This document shows, piece by piece, positions 52,151-61,831 of a stretch of DNA of 64,000 bases (positions within the stretch are counted from its first letter, which is position 1; the number at the start of each line of letters is the position of its first letter). The notes below the pieces were generated by a model. That model had not been told where the DNA came from. It saw only the letters and a list, made by a program, of their open reading frames with translations, and ran no database searches. A program made the translations under genes and the position numbers. Origin of the DNA: a bacterium (GTDB lineage Bacteria > DUMJ01). The stretch lies in contig DUMJ01000042.1 in the NCBI GenBank assembly GCA_012839925.1, forward strand, positions 31,441 through 95,440. Reading direction: 5' to 3'.

Positions 52151-53374
52151 ATGAGAGCAATAAATATTAAAAGTATGCATGAATCGAATATATCACTGAT
52201 CCTTAACATAATAAGGACTAGTGATGGTATCTCTCGCTATGAGATTTCGAAAATTACAAGATTAAGTCCTTCAGCAGTATCCAACGTTGTTGATCTTCTT
52301 ATTGAAGAAGGTTTTGTCTCAGAAACTCCCGGGGAGACGAAAAATGTAGGTAGAAGACCTATGAGACTATCTTTAAATAATGATGTACACTTCCCTGTGG
52401 GTATAGAGATAGAGAACGATAAGATAACAGGAGTAGTGATAAACTTAGCTGGAGAGATGGTAAAGCAGACTACAAAATATATTTCTACAGATATGGATCA
52501 TAATAAAATATTGGAAGAAGTAATTGATGTGTTTTATCTCCTATCACAAGATTTTTCTCCTGAGCAGATTATGGGTCTGGGGATTGCTATCCCAGGCATT
52601 GTGGACAGTAAAAATGGCATCTCTATACTTTCAGAAAATCTAGGTTGGCGGAATGTAGCTGTAAAGGAAATTCTTAAAACAAAGATAGATGTCCCCATGT
52701 TTATAGAACAAAATATAAGAGCGGTTACTCTTGGAGAATTATGGTATGGATCAGGCATAGGGAAGAATAATCTTATATGTGTTAGGGTTGGTAGTGGGGT
52801 AAGTGCAGGCTTTGTAATAAATGGAAGTATCTATAGAGGTTCAGCTGGGATAGTGGGTGAATTAGGTCATACGGTTGTAGAATCAGATGGAAATAGATGC
52901 AGATGTGGCAGTCAGGGATGTCTAGAAAGTTACGTCTCCACTCAGGTTCTTATCAGTAAGGTTCTGGAAGGATTAAATAACAGGATCTATTCTCAGGTTT
53001 CATTAGAAGGTAAAAATAGAGACGAGCAACTGGAAGAAATTTTTTCTGCGGGTAAAAAAGGAGACAGGTTTATCCTGAATATATTCGAAGAGATGGGTAA
53101 ATACCTGGGTATAGGTATCTCTAATCTTATAAATCTGTTTAACCCTGAGTTAGTTGTAATAGCAGGAGGTCTATCAAGAGCAGAGGAACTTTTACTTGAA
53201 CCAGTTATAAGAACAGTTAAACTCCATACATTTCCTCCTATTCCAGAATTCAGTATACCTGAGATTACCATATCTAAACTGGGAGCTTTTACCTGTGCCA
53301 CGGGTGTAGCTACTTTTGTCATAGAGGATGTATTTTTACATCCAGAGAAAAAACTGAGGAGGATTAAGGTATGA
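52151..53374 (+). CDS. ROK-family transcriptional repressor (HTH + sugar-kinase-like domain)
   Basis: N-terminal wHTH (ISRYEISKITRLSPSAVSNVV), ROK zinc motif CRCGSQGCLESY. Confidence 0.85.
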   Translation: MRAINIKSMHESNISLILNIIRTSDGISRYEISKITRLSPSAVSNVVDLLIEEGFVSETPGETKNVGRRPMRLSLNNDVHFPVGIEIENDKITGVVINLAGEMVKQTTKYISTDMDHNKILEEVIDVFYLLSQDFSPEQIMGLGIAIPGIVDSKNGISILSENLGWRNVAVKEILKTKIDVPMFIEQNIRAVTLGELWYGSGIGKNNLICVRVGSGVSAGFVINGSIYRGSAGIVGELGHTVVESDGNRCRCGSQGCLESYVSTQVLISKVLEGLNNRIYSQVSLEGKNRDEQLEEIFSAGKKGDRFILNIFEEMGKYLGIGISNLINLFNPELVVIAGGLSRAEELLLEPVIRTVKLHTFPPIPEFSIPEITISKLGAFTCATGVATFVIEDVFLHPEKKLRRIKV

Positions 53375-54054
53375 TAGAAAACTGGCAAAGGATACTTGTA
53401 TTTAGTGCCCACCCTGATGATGAGATACTGGGGGTTGGAGGGACAATAGCTAAACTCTCTAAATCAGGCAAAGAGGTCTATGTGGTTACCTTCGCTATAG
53501 GAGAGACAAGTTATAGCTCTATTGAAATGAAAGAGAAGATGAGAGAGTTGAGATTAAAAGAAGCTGAAGAATGTAATAAGGTCCTGGGGATAAAGGAGAG
53601 GATAATACTATATAAACCAAATCAGGGGATTACAAATGATAGAGAAACGTATCAGGAATGTGTAAAGATAATAAGAAAATACAAGCCTGATGTAATCTTT
53701 ACACATTATAAAGAAGACAAACATAGAGACCATAGAGCGGTCTGGGAGATTACAGACGAGGCCAGATGGAAGGCAGCCGAAAATGTTCTTGCAGACTTTG
53801 GAACTCCCTGGTATACCCCAGAGCTCTACTACTATGAAGTAATAGAACTCTTTACATATCCATCACTTCTTATAGATATAACCGATACTTTGGATAGAAA
53901 GGTAGAAGCTATGAAGACACAGAGTAGTCAATTCCCTGTTCTTCCAGGGGTTATTGAGTATATAGAGGGTTTGGGAAAAGTACGAGGTTACCTGAGGGGG
54001 ACAAAATATGCAGAGGCGTTTCTGTCTTCAAACTTTATAGCAAGGCTGGAATAG
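53371..54054 (+). CDS. PIG-L/LmbE-family N-acetylglucosaminyl deacetylase
   Basis: VFSAHPDDE motif, 227 aa, HxxH later. Confidence 0.8.
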   Translation: MIENWQRILVFSAHPDDEILGVGGTIAKLSKSGKEVYVVTFAIGETSYSSIEMKEKMRELRLKEAEECNKVLGIKERIILYKPNQGITNDRETYQECVKIIRKYKPDVIFTHYKEDKHRDHRAVWEITDEARWKAAENVLADFGTPWYTPELYYYEVIELFTYPSLLIDITDTLDRKVEAMKTQSSQFPVLPGVIEYIEGLGKVRGYLRGTKYAEAFLSSNFIARLE

Positions 54055-54244
54055 GGGGAGAGCTTGGAGATGGACTTATAGAGGTTACAGGGATAAATGC
54101 GTTGGAAGAGTTAAGTAGACGCGCCTTGAAAAGTTTAGTAAGAAAGGGAGGTGATGTTTAGAGAAAAAGATATAAGGGAATAAAAATCAAGAAGAGATTT
54201 TAGAGTTTTCGAGAGATTAAAATTATTTAGTAGGAGGGATAAAA

Positions 54245-56203
54245 ATGAGAAAGATTATATCTATACTAGCTTGTCTAGCGATATTGATAAATTTGGTATT
54301 AGATACAGGTATCTCTTTTGCTCAAGAGAAAGTGGCTCCTGGAGGATTATATAATCTCTCAGATTATCAGAAGCTCACAGGCAAAAAGATTACAAAGTTT
54401 AGTGAGGCTCCTCAGCTTGCAGAACTAGTGAAGCAGGGAAAACTTCCACCGGTAGAGAAAAGGCTACCAAAAGAGCCTGTTGTAGTCGAACCTTATGAAA
54501 AAATCGGTCGGTATGGTGGAACATGGGAAGAACCTATTGGCAAAGTAGGGCAAACTAATCATATGACTACCTATCCATATGATGGATTGGTAACCTGGGA
54601 CGCAGAGGGGAAAAGACTTATCCCGAATATTGCAAAAAGTTGGAGAGTATTAAATGGAGGTAAGGTATGGGAATTCAAGCTTAGAGAAGGTATGAAGTGG
54701 TCAGATGGAGCCCCGTTTACCGCAGATGATATAGTATTTTGGTACGAAGATATTGTTCTTAACAAGGACCTTACGCCAGTTTCCCCTATATACTTAACAA
54801 TTGAAAATCAGGTAGGTAGGGTGGAAAAGGTTGATGATTATACTGTAAGATTTATCTTCCCATTGCCAAAGGCTAATCTTTTGGAACAAATGTTAGACAT
54901 ACCAGCTTATTTAACTCCCAAGCATTATCTAAAACAGTTTCATCCTAAGTATGTTCCAATAGAGAAGTTAAATGAGATGGCTAAGAAAGAAGGATTAGAC
55001 CAATGGTACCAACTCTTTGGGAGAAAAAATGCTTTGTATGAGAATACTAATCCTGACCTTCCAACTTTAAAACCCTGGGTACCAAGGACTGAATCTCCAG
55101 CTACTCGATATATATATGAACGTAATCCATATTACTGGAAGATTGATCCCGCTGGTAACCAACTTCCATATATAGACCGAGTGGCACAAACTTTGGTGGA
55201 AGGTACAGAAATGGTTAATATGAAAGCAATGATGGGAGAAGCAACTCTCGTAGAATGGGGACTAACTCTCTCAAATTATACACTCTTTATGGAAAATAGA
55301 GAAAAGGGGAACTATCGAGTACTTTTATGGCCTAAGGATGAAATCTCTAATGTGACCTTATTTATAAACCAGAACTATAAAGATCCAGTATTGAAAAAAT
55401 TGTTTAGAGATCGAAGATTCCGTCAAGCACTTTCTCTAGCTATAAATCGAGAAGAGGTAAATAAGTTCTGCTATTTAGGGCTTGGAGTACCAAGGCAGGC
55501 TACTGTTCTTTCAACTTCACCTTACTTCAAGGAAGAATATGCCAAAGCTTATGCAGAATATAATCCCAATAAGGCAAATGAACTTTTAGACCAGCTGGGA
55601 CTTACTAGGCGTGATAAAGAAGGATCTCGTCTAAGATCTGATGGCAAACCTCTTGAGTTAATAATTGAGACACCAGGAGAAAATCCTACTGAAGTGGATG
55701 TCTTAGAGTTAGTATCTAAATATTGGAGGAATATAGGTATCAAAGTAGCAGTAAAACCATCCGAAAGAACTCTTTACCGTATGCGCATGCTGACTGGAGA
55801 AGCTCAAATAGGTACCTGGTTCCTAATGGGGGGACAGGAGCCAACTCTTGAACCTCATTGGTATATACCTACGACCACTCAGACTTACTGGGCTCCTATG
55901 TGGGGTCAATGGTATCAAGCTGGAGGTAAAGCAGGAGAAAATCCTCCGCAGGATATTAAAAAGCTCCAGCACACATGGGACCTTATTCAGAAAACTTTTG
56001 ATCCTGCCAGAAGAAGAATTCTTTGGCAGCAAATACTTGATGTACATGCTCAGGAAGTATATATGATAGGAATTGTAGGAGAGGTTCCTCAACCAATTAT
56101 AGTAAAAAATAGTATGCATAATGTCCCTCAAAAATGTTTACATTCATGGCCTGTAGGACATTATTTAGGTCTTGCGCGAGTAGTTCAATTTTATATTGAA
56201 TGA
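54245..56203 (+). CDS. ABC transporter substrate-binding protein, family 5, secreted (paralog 3)
   Basis: 652 aa; signal peptide; KITKFSEAPQLAELVKQGKLPPVEKRLP...YGGTWE nearly identical to N-terminal block of other two SBPs. Confidence 0.8.
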   Translation: MRKIISILACLAILINLVLDTGISFAQEKVAPGGLYNLSDYQKLTGKKITKFSEAPQLAELVKQGKLPPVEKRLPKEPVVVEPYEKIGRYGGTWEEPIGKVGQTNHMTTYPYDGLVTWDAEGKRLIPNIAKSWRVLNGGKVWEFKLREGMKWSDGAPFTADDIVFWYEDIVLNKDLTPVSPIYLTIENQVGRVEKVDDYTVRFIFPLPKANLLEQMLDIPAYLTPKHYLKQFHPKYVPIEKLNEMAKKEGLDQWYQLFGRKNALYENTNPDLPTLKPWVPRTESPATRYIYERNPYYWKIDPAGNQLPYIDRVAQTLVEGTEMVNMKAMMGEATLVEWGLTLSNYTLFMENREKGNYRVLLWPKDEISNVTLFINQNYKDPVLKKLFRDRRFRQALSLAINREEVNKFCYLGLGVPRQATVLSTSPYFKEEYAKAYAEYNPNKANELLDQLGLTRRDKEGSRLRSDGKPLELIIETPGENPTEVDVLELVSKYWRNIGIKVAVKPSERTLYRMRMLTGEAQIGTWFLMGGQEPTLEPHWYIPTTTQTYWAPMWGQWYQAGGKAGENPPQDIKKLQHTWDLIQKTFDPARRRILWQQILDVHAQEVYMIGIVGEVPQPIIVKNSMHNVPQKCLHSWPVGHYLGLARVVQFYIE

Positions 56204-56277
56204 AGGATTCTTATCCATTTCTCTTAAAGAGAAAAAAATATATTGAGAGTTTTTGAGATTTTTATCTTAAGTTAGAA

Positions 56278-56322
56278 AGCTCTTACTCTCCCTGTTTTAT
56301 TATTACGGGGAGAGTAAGAGCT
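56278..56322 (+). terminator. 15-bp-stem hairpin AGCTCTTACTCTCCC-15nt-GGGAGAGTAAGAGCT after SBP gene
   Basis: Seen directly; no strong U-tract on + strand. Confidence 0.4.
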
Positions 56323-56406
56323 ATAAAGAAAGAACGATAGAATTGAGAGTATATGAAACAGTTATGATTTTGAAGATGTCTTCTATTTTATAGAAAGGAG
56401 TAAAAA

Positions 56407-57618
56407 ATGGACCGATATGTGTTAATTGATCCTGAAGAACTTCGGAAATCCCTTCAGTTAGCCTGCAAATGGCTTGTTGAAATAGCTCAAGTTAAAACTG
56501 AAGGGCTTGCTATTGAGAAGAACTCAAAAAAACATCTCCATCAAACTTGGAAGGGATCTATACGAGGAGAGTATAGTGTAGCTAAGAATGAATGGGATTT
56601 CTTCTGCCCTGTTTGGCACACAGGACAAGCCATAAAAGCACTTGTTGCAGCTTATAAGGTTTTGGGAGAAAACAGACTCCTTCAAGCGGCAATGTTTTCA
56701 GCTGATTTCTTAGGTAGGGAACGTGTCTCAGAAAAAGGGAATGAGCATCACGGACTTATATTTGCATTTGAGGATAGGGGAGATATGGTTAATACATCGG
56801 CAATTTTAGAGTGTTTAGATGGACTGATAAGCCTAAGTGAGGTTTCTGGAGATATTTCCTACTGGGGATGGGTTGTTGATGCTCTTAAATGGGTTGCAAA
56901 GAGAGCTTATATTACGGATGAAGGTCTATTTAGAGATTGTTTTTCAATAAAGACCTGGCAATTCGAGCCTCCGCCCTGGAGAAATCCACAGGGGTGGCCT
57001 GGCAGACCACTTCTAGATGATGGAGTGTTTCTTAAAGCGTATCATTATACAGGTAACCCTGAGTTTCGCCGAATCTTCTATGAAACCGCTAATCGACTTC
57101 TTAAAGAAGAGGAACCGCCAGGCAATTGGATCCGATTTACCCCTTGTAATGTTGAGACTGGTAGTATACACCCTCGACATGCCTATTGGTGGGGAAGACC
57201 AATGCTTATGGCCTATAGGGATAGTGGTGAAGCAAAGTATCTTGAGTGTGCTATAAGGTCTGGGCAGTGGTATATAGATGCACAGAGAGTAGATGGCGGA
57301 CTTTTCCGCGGAACATATCGGAATTTTAAGACAGATTCTTTTGGACATGCTACAAGTGGGATTGCCTGCGCTTCAATTTTGTGGCATGAACTCTGGGAGA
57401 TAACTGGTGATGATCGTTGGCTTAAGTCGATAGAGAAGGCTATGGCATATTGTATGAAAATGCAGTTCCGTAACACTAAGGACTCCAACTTACAAGGAGC
57501 TATTCTGGAAAAGGTCCTCCCTCCTGATGGTACGGACAGTTCTCCTTACCATATAAGAGATCTCGGAACGATATTCTTTATTCAAGCAGCATCAAGGATT
57601 TTATATGATACGATTTAA
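56407..57618 (+). CDS. Hypothetical protein, possibly (alpha/alpha)6-toroid glycoside hydrolase/epimerase-like
   Basis: 403 aa, no signal peptide; W/aromatic-rich repeats consistent with six-hairpin fold; assignment tentative. Confidence 0.3.
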   Translation: MDRYVLIDPEELRKSLQLACKWLVEIAQVKTEGLAIEKNSKKHLHQTWKGSIRGEYSVAKNEWDFFCPVWHTGQAIKALVAAYKVLGENRLLQAAMFSADFLGRERVSEKGNEHHGLIFAFEDRGDMVNTSAILECLDGLISLSEVSGDISYWGWVVDALKWVAKRAYITDEGLFRDCFSIKTWQFEPPPWRNPQGWPGRPLLDDGVFLKAYHYTGNPEFRRIFYETANRLLKEEEPPGNWIRFTPCNVETGSIHPRHAYWWGRPMLMAYRDSGEAKYLECAIRSGQWYIDAQRVDGGLFRGTYRNFKTDSFGHATSGIACASILWHELWEITGDDRWLKSIEKAMAYCMKMQFRNTKDSNLQGAILEKVLPPDGTDSSPYHIRDLGTIFFIQAASRILYDTI

Positions 57619-57681
57619 GAAGATTTAAAATGGGTAGATATTGCATGAAGATAGTTTTAGGACAAAAGGAGGAGATAAAAA

Positions 57682-59613
57682 ATGATATCTCAGAGTAACA
57701 TTAGAGAAGATAATTTGGCTTCTGGTAAAGATGTGGGTGGTAAAAAAGAACTATCGCAAATTGTAGAAAAAAATTATTGTTTTTATAATATACAGGTATG
57801 CGGGACTCTTGACGGTTTCAATACAGTTTATTATTTGGACACTTATGGTGGTCATAAAAGAGAAGAAGTTAAATTCGAACCTAATGTAGCTCTTATAATA
57901 GAGAATATTGGAGACACTGATGTAATAGCACCTAGAATTATAATAAATGGGAAAAGAAACTGGTACTCAGTAGATGATATTCTAAATGAGATAATAAATG
58001 ATTCTATGAATGAAGAAGAAAAAACCTTAGCAATTTTTCGTTTTATAAGTGATATCAGTATCAATGCACATGATAATAACTTAAGAGTCAGTCCTCCTTA
58101 TCCAGATGAGGAATCAAATCCTTCAAAGAACCAGTTTAAGGAACGTGCTAATCCAGTAAAAGCTGTAAACTGTTTTTATTGTAGCGGATGTTCACTATCG
58201 GCAGCTAACTTCGTAATATTATGTCGGCATGCAGGTTTGGAAGCACGTGCTATTTGGATGTCAGAAAGATATATATATCATTGTGTAGCTGAGGTTAAGT
58301 ATAATGGTAAATATCACCTCTTTGATCCAGAGCAAAATGCCTTCTTCCTAGATCTAGGCGATACTACTATTGCTTCTTATGAAGAAGTTTATAGATGTCC
58401 TGAAATCAAAATGAGAACGCATATGTGTGGGTTCGCTCAAAAAGAGGAAAATTATCCTGGAGAATCTTATTGTAGTATATATCCCCCTTATTCTATGCCT
58501 GTTGAAGATTGGGTTACCACTATGGATATTATTCTAAGACCCGGTGAATCTTTTATCAAAAGATGGGATAATGTGGGTAAGTTTGGTAGGGTCTTTAACT
58601 CACGGAATAATGGTCAGAGACCTCCATATCGGCTCGCTAATGGGAAATTTGTTTATAAGCCTGATCTCTCTAGAAATATTTATCGAAAAGGTATGGTATT
58701 TGAAAGAAATGTAAAGTCCCTCGAAGATGATGGAGTGAAACCTAACTTACATATGGATACCATAGAGCAACCTTCTATTATTATGTATAAAGTTACTTCT
58801 CCCTATCCTATCGTGGGAGGAATAGTAGGCGGTATTTTTTATAGGAAAAATCAGGATGACGTGATAAAGGTTTATTTTTCGTCCGGAGATCAAGATTGGG
58901 TTGAAATTTGGTCAGTTAAAGAAGCCAGCCTACCAGGGAAAAACCTTGGGGTATTCGAAGCATATGAAGACATATCATACCAGAATGTAGGTGGTAGTAG
59001 AGGGTTGGATAGTAAATTTGAAGTATCCCTAATTGACCCTTTAAATACAGCCCCAAAATATGAATATTATATTAAATATGAATTCCACAGTAATATTTCC
59101 CCTTATGATGTGGGGATAGAGAATATATATTTAGAAACCATTGTCCAAATGAGTAATACCTCACTTCCTGCACTTTCAGTAGGAGAAAATAAAATAGAGT
59201 ATACAGATAAAACTAAGGGATCTCGTCATGTGAAAATCACTCATGTATGGCACGAGAGTTCAGAATCGATTCCTCCAGAGCCACCCTCTGCCCCAGTTTC
59301 CCCTAGAGATAATCAAGAGATTTCCTTAGTATCTCTTAAATATCTTGAATGGGAACCTTCTGCTGATCCTGACGGGAAGGGGATACTTGATTATCATCTC
59401 CAGGTAAGTCTTTCCCCAAATTTTTTAGCTCCAGTGTCACCGAATTTTGATCGCCTTACCCGAGATGAGCAACCTAAATGGAAAATCCCTGAGGGATGGC
59501 TAGTAGGAGGAAGGACATATTATTGGAGAGTAAAGGCAAGAAATCAATGGGGAGCTTGGAGTAATTGGAGTAAGCCATGGAGTTTTACTGTTATAAAAGA
59601 GGAATATAGATGA
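57682..59613 (+). CDS. Transglutaminase-like cysteine-protease-fold protein with C-terminal fibronectin type III domain
   Basis: CSGCSLSAANFVILCRHAGLEARAIW and HCVAEVKYNGKYHLFDP (Cys-His-Asp TGase core); C-terminal ...YYWRVKARNQWGAWSNWS FN3-like; no signal peptide. Confidence 0.55.
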   Translation: MISQSNIREDNLASGKDVGGKKELSQIVEKNYCFYNIQVCGTLDGFNTVYYLDTYGGHKREEVKFEPNVALIIENIGDTDVIAPRIIINGKRNWYSVDDILNEIINDSMNEEEKTLAIFRFISDISINAHDNNLRVSPPYPDEESNPSKNQFKERANPVKAVNCFYCSGCSLSAANFVILCRHAGLEARAIWMSERYIYHCVAEVKYNGKYHLFDPEQNAFFLDLGDTTIASYEEVYRCPEIKMRTHMCGFAQKEENYPGESYCSIYPPYSMPVEDWVTTMDIILRPGESFIKRWDNVGKFGRVFNSRNNGQRPPYRLANGKFVYKPDLSRNIYRKGMVFERNVKSLEDDGVKPNLHMDTIEQPSIIMYKVTSPYPIVGGIVGGIFYRKNQDDVIKVYFSSGDQDWVEIWSVKEASLPGKNLGVFEAYEDISYQNVGGSRGLDSKFEVSLIDPLNTAPKYEYYIKYEFHSNISPYDVGIENIYLETIVQMSNTSLPALSVGENKIEYTDKTKGSRHVKITHVWHESSESIPPEPPSAPVSPRDNQEISLVSLKYLEWEPSADPDGKGILDYHLQVSLSPNFLAPVSPNFDRLTRDEQPKWKIPEGWLVGGRTYYWRVKARNQWGAWSNWSKPWSFTVIKEEYR

Positions 59614-59856
59614 TCCTTTCCGCAAAACTGAATATAGCGTTATTGAAGTGTTAGAGATTGCTCCTATAAGAGCTATTAACTACTTCCATTGAAGAGGAGC
59701 GAGAGTTGGAAAAAGAAGAGCATAGAAATTGTAGGGGAGCAAAAGAAATTAGGCCATAGGGGAGGGGTGAATAATAAAATTATAGTTCTTTAGCTTGTGA
59801 CTATAAGATTAGAGTTTCTGAAAAACTTGGTATATAGAATAAGGAGGTTTCCTTTT

Positions 59857-60918
59857 ATGTCTGATATACTTTTTAAAAGAGGCCGAGTCATAGAAGCGCT
59901 AAACTGCAAACCGGTAGATAGACCACCTATATATGATCTTATAAGGAATGATGCTCTTATAGAATACTTTACTGGTAGGAAACTCATGGTAGAAAATGGT
60001 GTAGATGATGCTTTGTTTGCCATGAGTCAATTTCTAGATGCTACTAAACAATTTATTCGCTTCCCCCAGAAGGAAAGAATAGAGAGGGATGTAGAATATA
60101 AAAGATGGACATCTTGGAAGATTAAAGAAGAAAGGTATGACTTAACTGAACTTGCTCAAAGGATTAAAGAGTATGTTTATTCTTGGAAAGGATGGAATAG
60201 AAACGAACAGGAAGTCTTAGATGTTCAATTAGCTGATCTATATTGGAAACAGTCCAAGTTAGGTGATACAGTAGTATTCCTAAATGGTTGGATGGGAGGG
60301 ATTTATTCTTTTGCTGACTTTGTGGGAGGATGGGACAAGTTTTCTTATCTCTTAATAGATGAACCTAAATTTGTTAGCGAGGGTTTAGATGTTATGTTCC
60401 AAAGAGCATTAGAGTATGCTCGACATTTGCCTGATAATCTATATACTCCCGCAGTTTTTGTAGGAGAAGATATAGCATATAAAAATGGTCTTATTATTTC
60501 TCCAAAGTTACTTAGGGAAGAGTTTATGCCAAGATTAAAAAAGATAGTTGAAGTGTATCATGGTAAAGGATTAAAAGTGATATTCCACTCTGATGGCAAT
60601 CTCTGGGATATTATGGATGATTTAGTAGATTGTGGAATAGATGCATTAAACCCAATTGAAAGTTTTGCCGGTATGGATATAGAGAAACTACGCAAAAGAT
60701 ACCCCAAATTAGTATTAATAGGAGGAATCGACTGTAGTGAGTTATTACCATTTGGTTCTCCGTATGGTGTAAGATGCACAGTAAAAAAGGCTATAGAAGA
60801 TTCAAAATATGGTTATTTTGTAGGCTCCTCAAGCGAATTGCATAACGAAATCCCATTAGTAAATATATTAGCAATGTATACAGAAGTGTTACGATATTTA
60901 GAGAGAATTACAAACTAG
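59857..60918 (+). CDS. URO-D-like family protein (second paralog)
   Basis: ORF track 59797 (GTG); AGGAGG RBS then in-frame ATG (MSDILFKRG...); C-terminal HSDGNLWDIMDDLVDCGIDALNPIE typical of URO-D/MtaA family. Confidence 0.5.
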   Translation: MSDILFKRGRVIEALNCKPVDRPPIYDLIRNDALIEYFTGRKLMVENGVDDALFAMSQFLDATKQFIRFPQKERIERDVEYKRWTSWKIKEERYDLTELAQRIKEYVYSWKGWNRNEQEVLDVQLADLYWKQSKLGDTVVFLNGWMGGIYSFADFVGGWDKFSYLLIDEPKFVSEGLDVMFQRALEYARHLPDNLYTPAVFVGEDIAYKNGLIISPKLLREEFMPRLKKIVEVYHGKGLKVIFHSDGNLWDIMDDLVDCGIDALNPIESFAGMDIEKLRKRYPKLVLIGGIDCSELLPFGSPYGVRCTVKKAIEDSKYGYFVGSSSELHNEIPLVNILAMYTEVLRYLERITN

Positions 60919-60929
60919 GAGGTATTATT

Positions 60930-61823
60930 ATGAAGATCAGCTGCTGCTGGTTGTATGCAATAAGCAAGTATGGGTATCCGCCACGTATGGAGAATGTCTT
61001 TAAGGCATTAAAAGAAATGGCAGATATGGGGTTTGAATATGTAGAACTGGAAGGGGTAAGGGAAGAGAATCTGAAAGAGGTATACAGTAATAGAGAAAAG
61101 ATAAAGGACCACTGTGAAAATCTGGGGGTAAAGATAATAAACTTCTGTCCTATTATACCAGATATCGTAAGCCTGGATGATGATAAAAGGGAAAAAGCTA
61201 AAGATCTATTCCTGCTGGCGATAGACATAGCCAGATATTTTAATTGTGAAACTATTCAAACTGATAGTTATACCCCACCATTGGAGTTTATAGGAGAGGC
61301 TCCATATAAGGAGAGTATAAGTTATGGAAAGCAGTATAAGGTAAAGATCGATCCAGACTTTAGCTGGGAAAAACTCTGGGATGTACTGGTCAATAGTTTC
61401 AGGTTTGCCAGTGAAACTGCTAAAGAAGCAGGATTAAAATTCTGCCTGGAGCCCAGAGTAGGTGAGATAATAAGCAATACTGATGCCATTCTCAGGCTTA
61501 TGGACCATGTAAAAAGTGATAACTTTGGAGCAGTTTTAGATACAGGTCATCAAAATGCACAAAAAGAGATTCTGCCATTGTCTGTAGAAAAATTAGGGAA
61601 CAGGATATTCTACCTCCATGTATCAGACAATGATGGGAAAATCAATGAGCATCTCCCTTTAGGGAAAGGTAATATAGACTGGGAGGGGATATTCCTGGCA
61701 TTAAAGAAACATAACTATCAGGGGTATGTAGCTATAGATATTGGTAATGTTCCAGATATAGAGAAGGCGTATATGGATTCAAAGAGGTTCTTAGAAGATT
61801 TAGGGAAAAGGATTGATATATAG
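60930..61823 (+). CDS. Sugar phosphate isomerase/epimerase (xylose-isomerase-like TIM barrel)
   Basis: 297 aa; GFEYVEL..., LEPRVGE..., metal-binding Glu/Asp/His pattern of the family. Confidence 0.6.
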   Translation: MKISCCWLYAISKYGYPPRMENVFKALKEMADMGFEYVELEGVREENLKEVYSNREKIKDHCENLGVKIINFCPIIPDIVSLDDDKREKAKDLFLLAIDIARYFNCETIQTDSYTPPLEFIGEAPYKESISYGKQYKVKIDPDFSWEKLWDVLVNSFRFASETAKEAGLKFCLEPRVGEIISNTDAILRLMDHVKSDNFGAVLDTGHQNAQKEILPLSVEKLGNRIFYLHVSDNDGKINEHLPLGKGNIDWEGIFLALKKHNYQGYVAIDIGNVPDIEKAYMDSKRFLEDLGKRIDI

Positions 61824-61831
61824 GAGGACAT

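Noticed and set aside
54055-54244. Purine-rich (GAGG/AAGG-repeat) 190-nt spacer before the third SBP gene, considered as a possible ncRNA or riboswitch
   Set aside because: There is no recognisable conserved aptamer architecture or stable structure. It is more likely an A/G-rich leader with multiple RBS-like runs.
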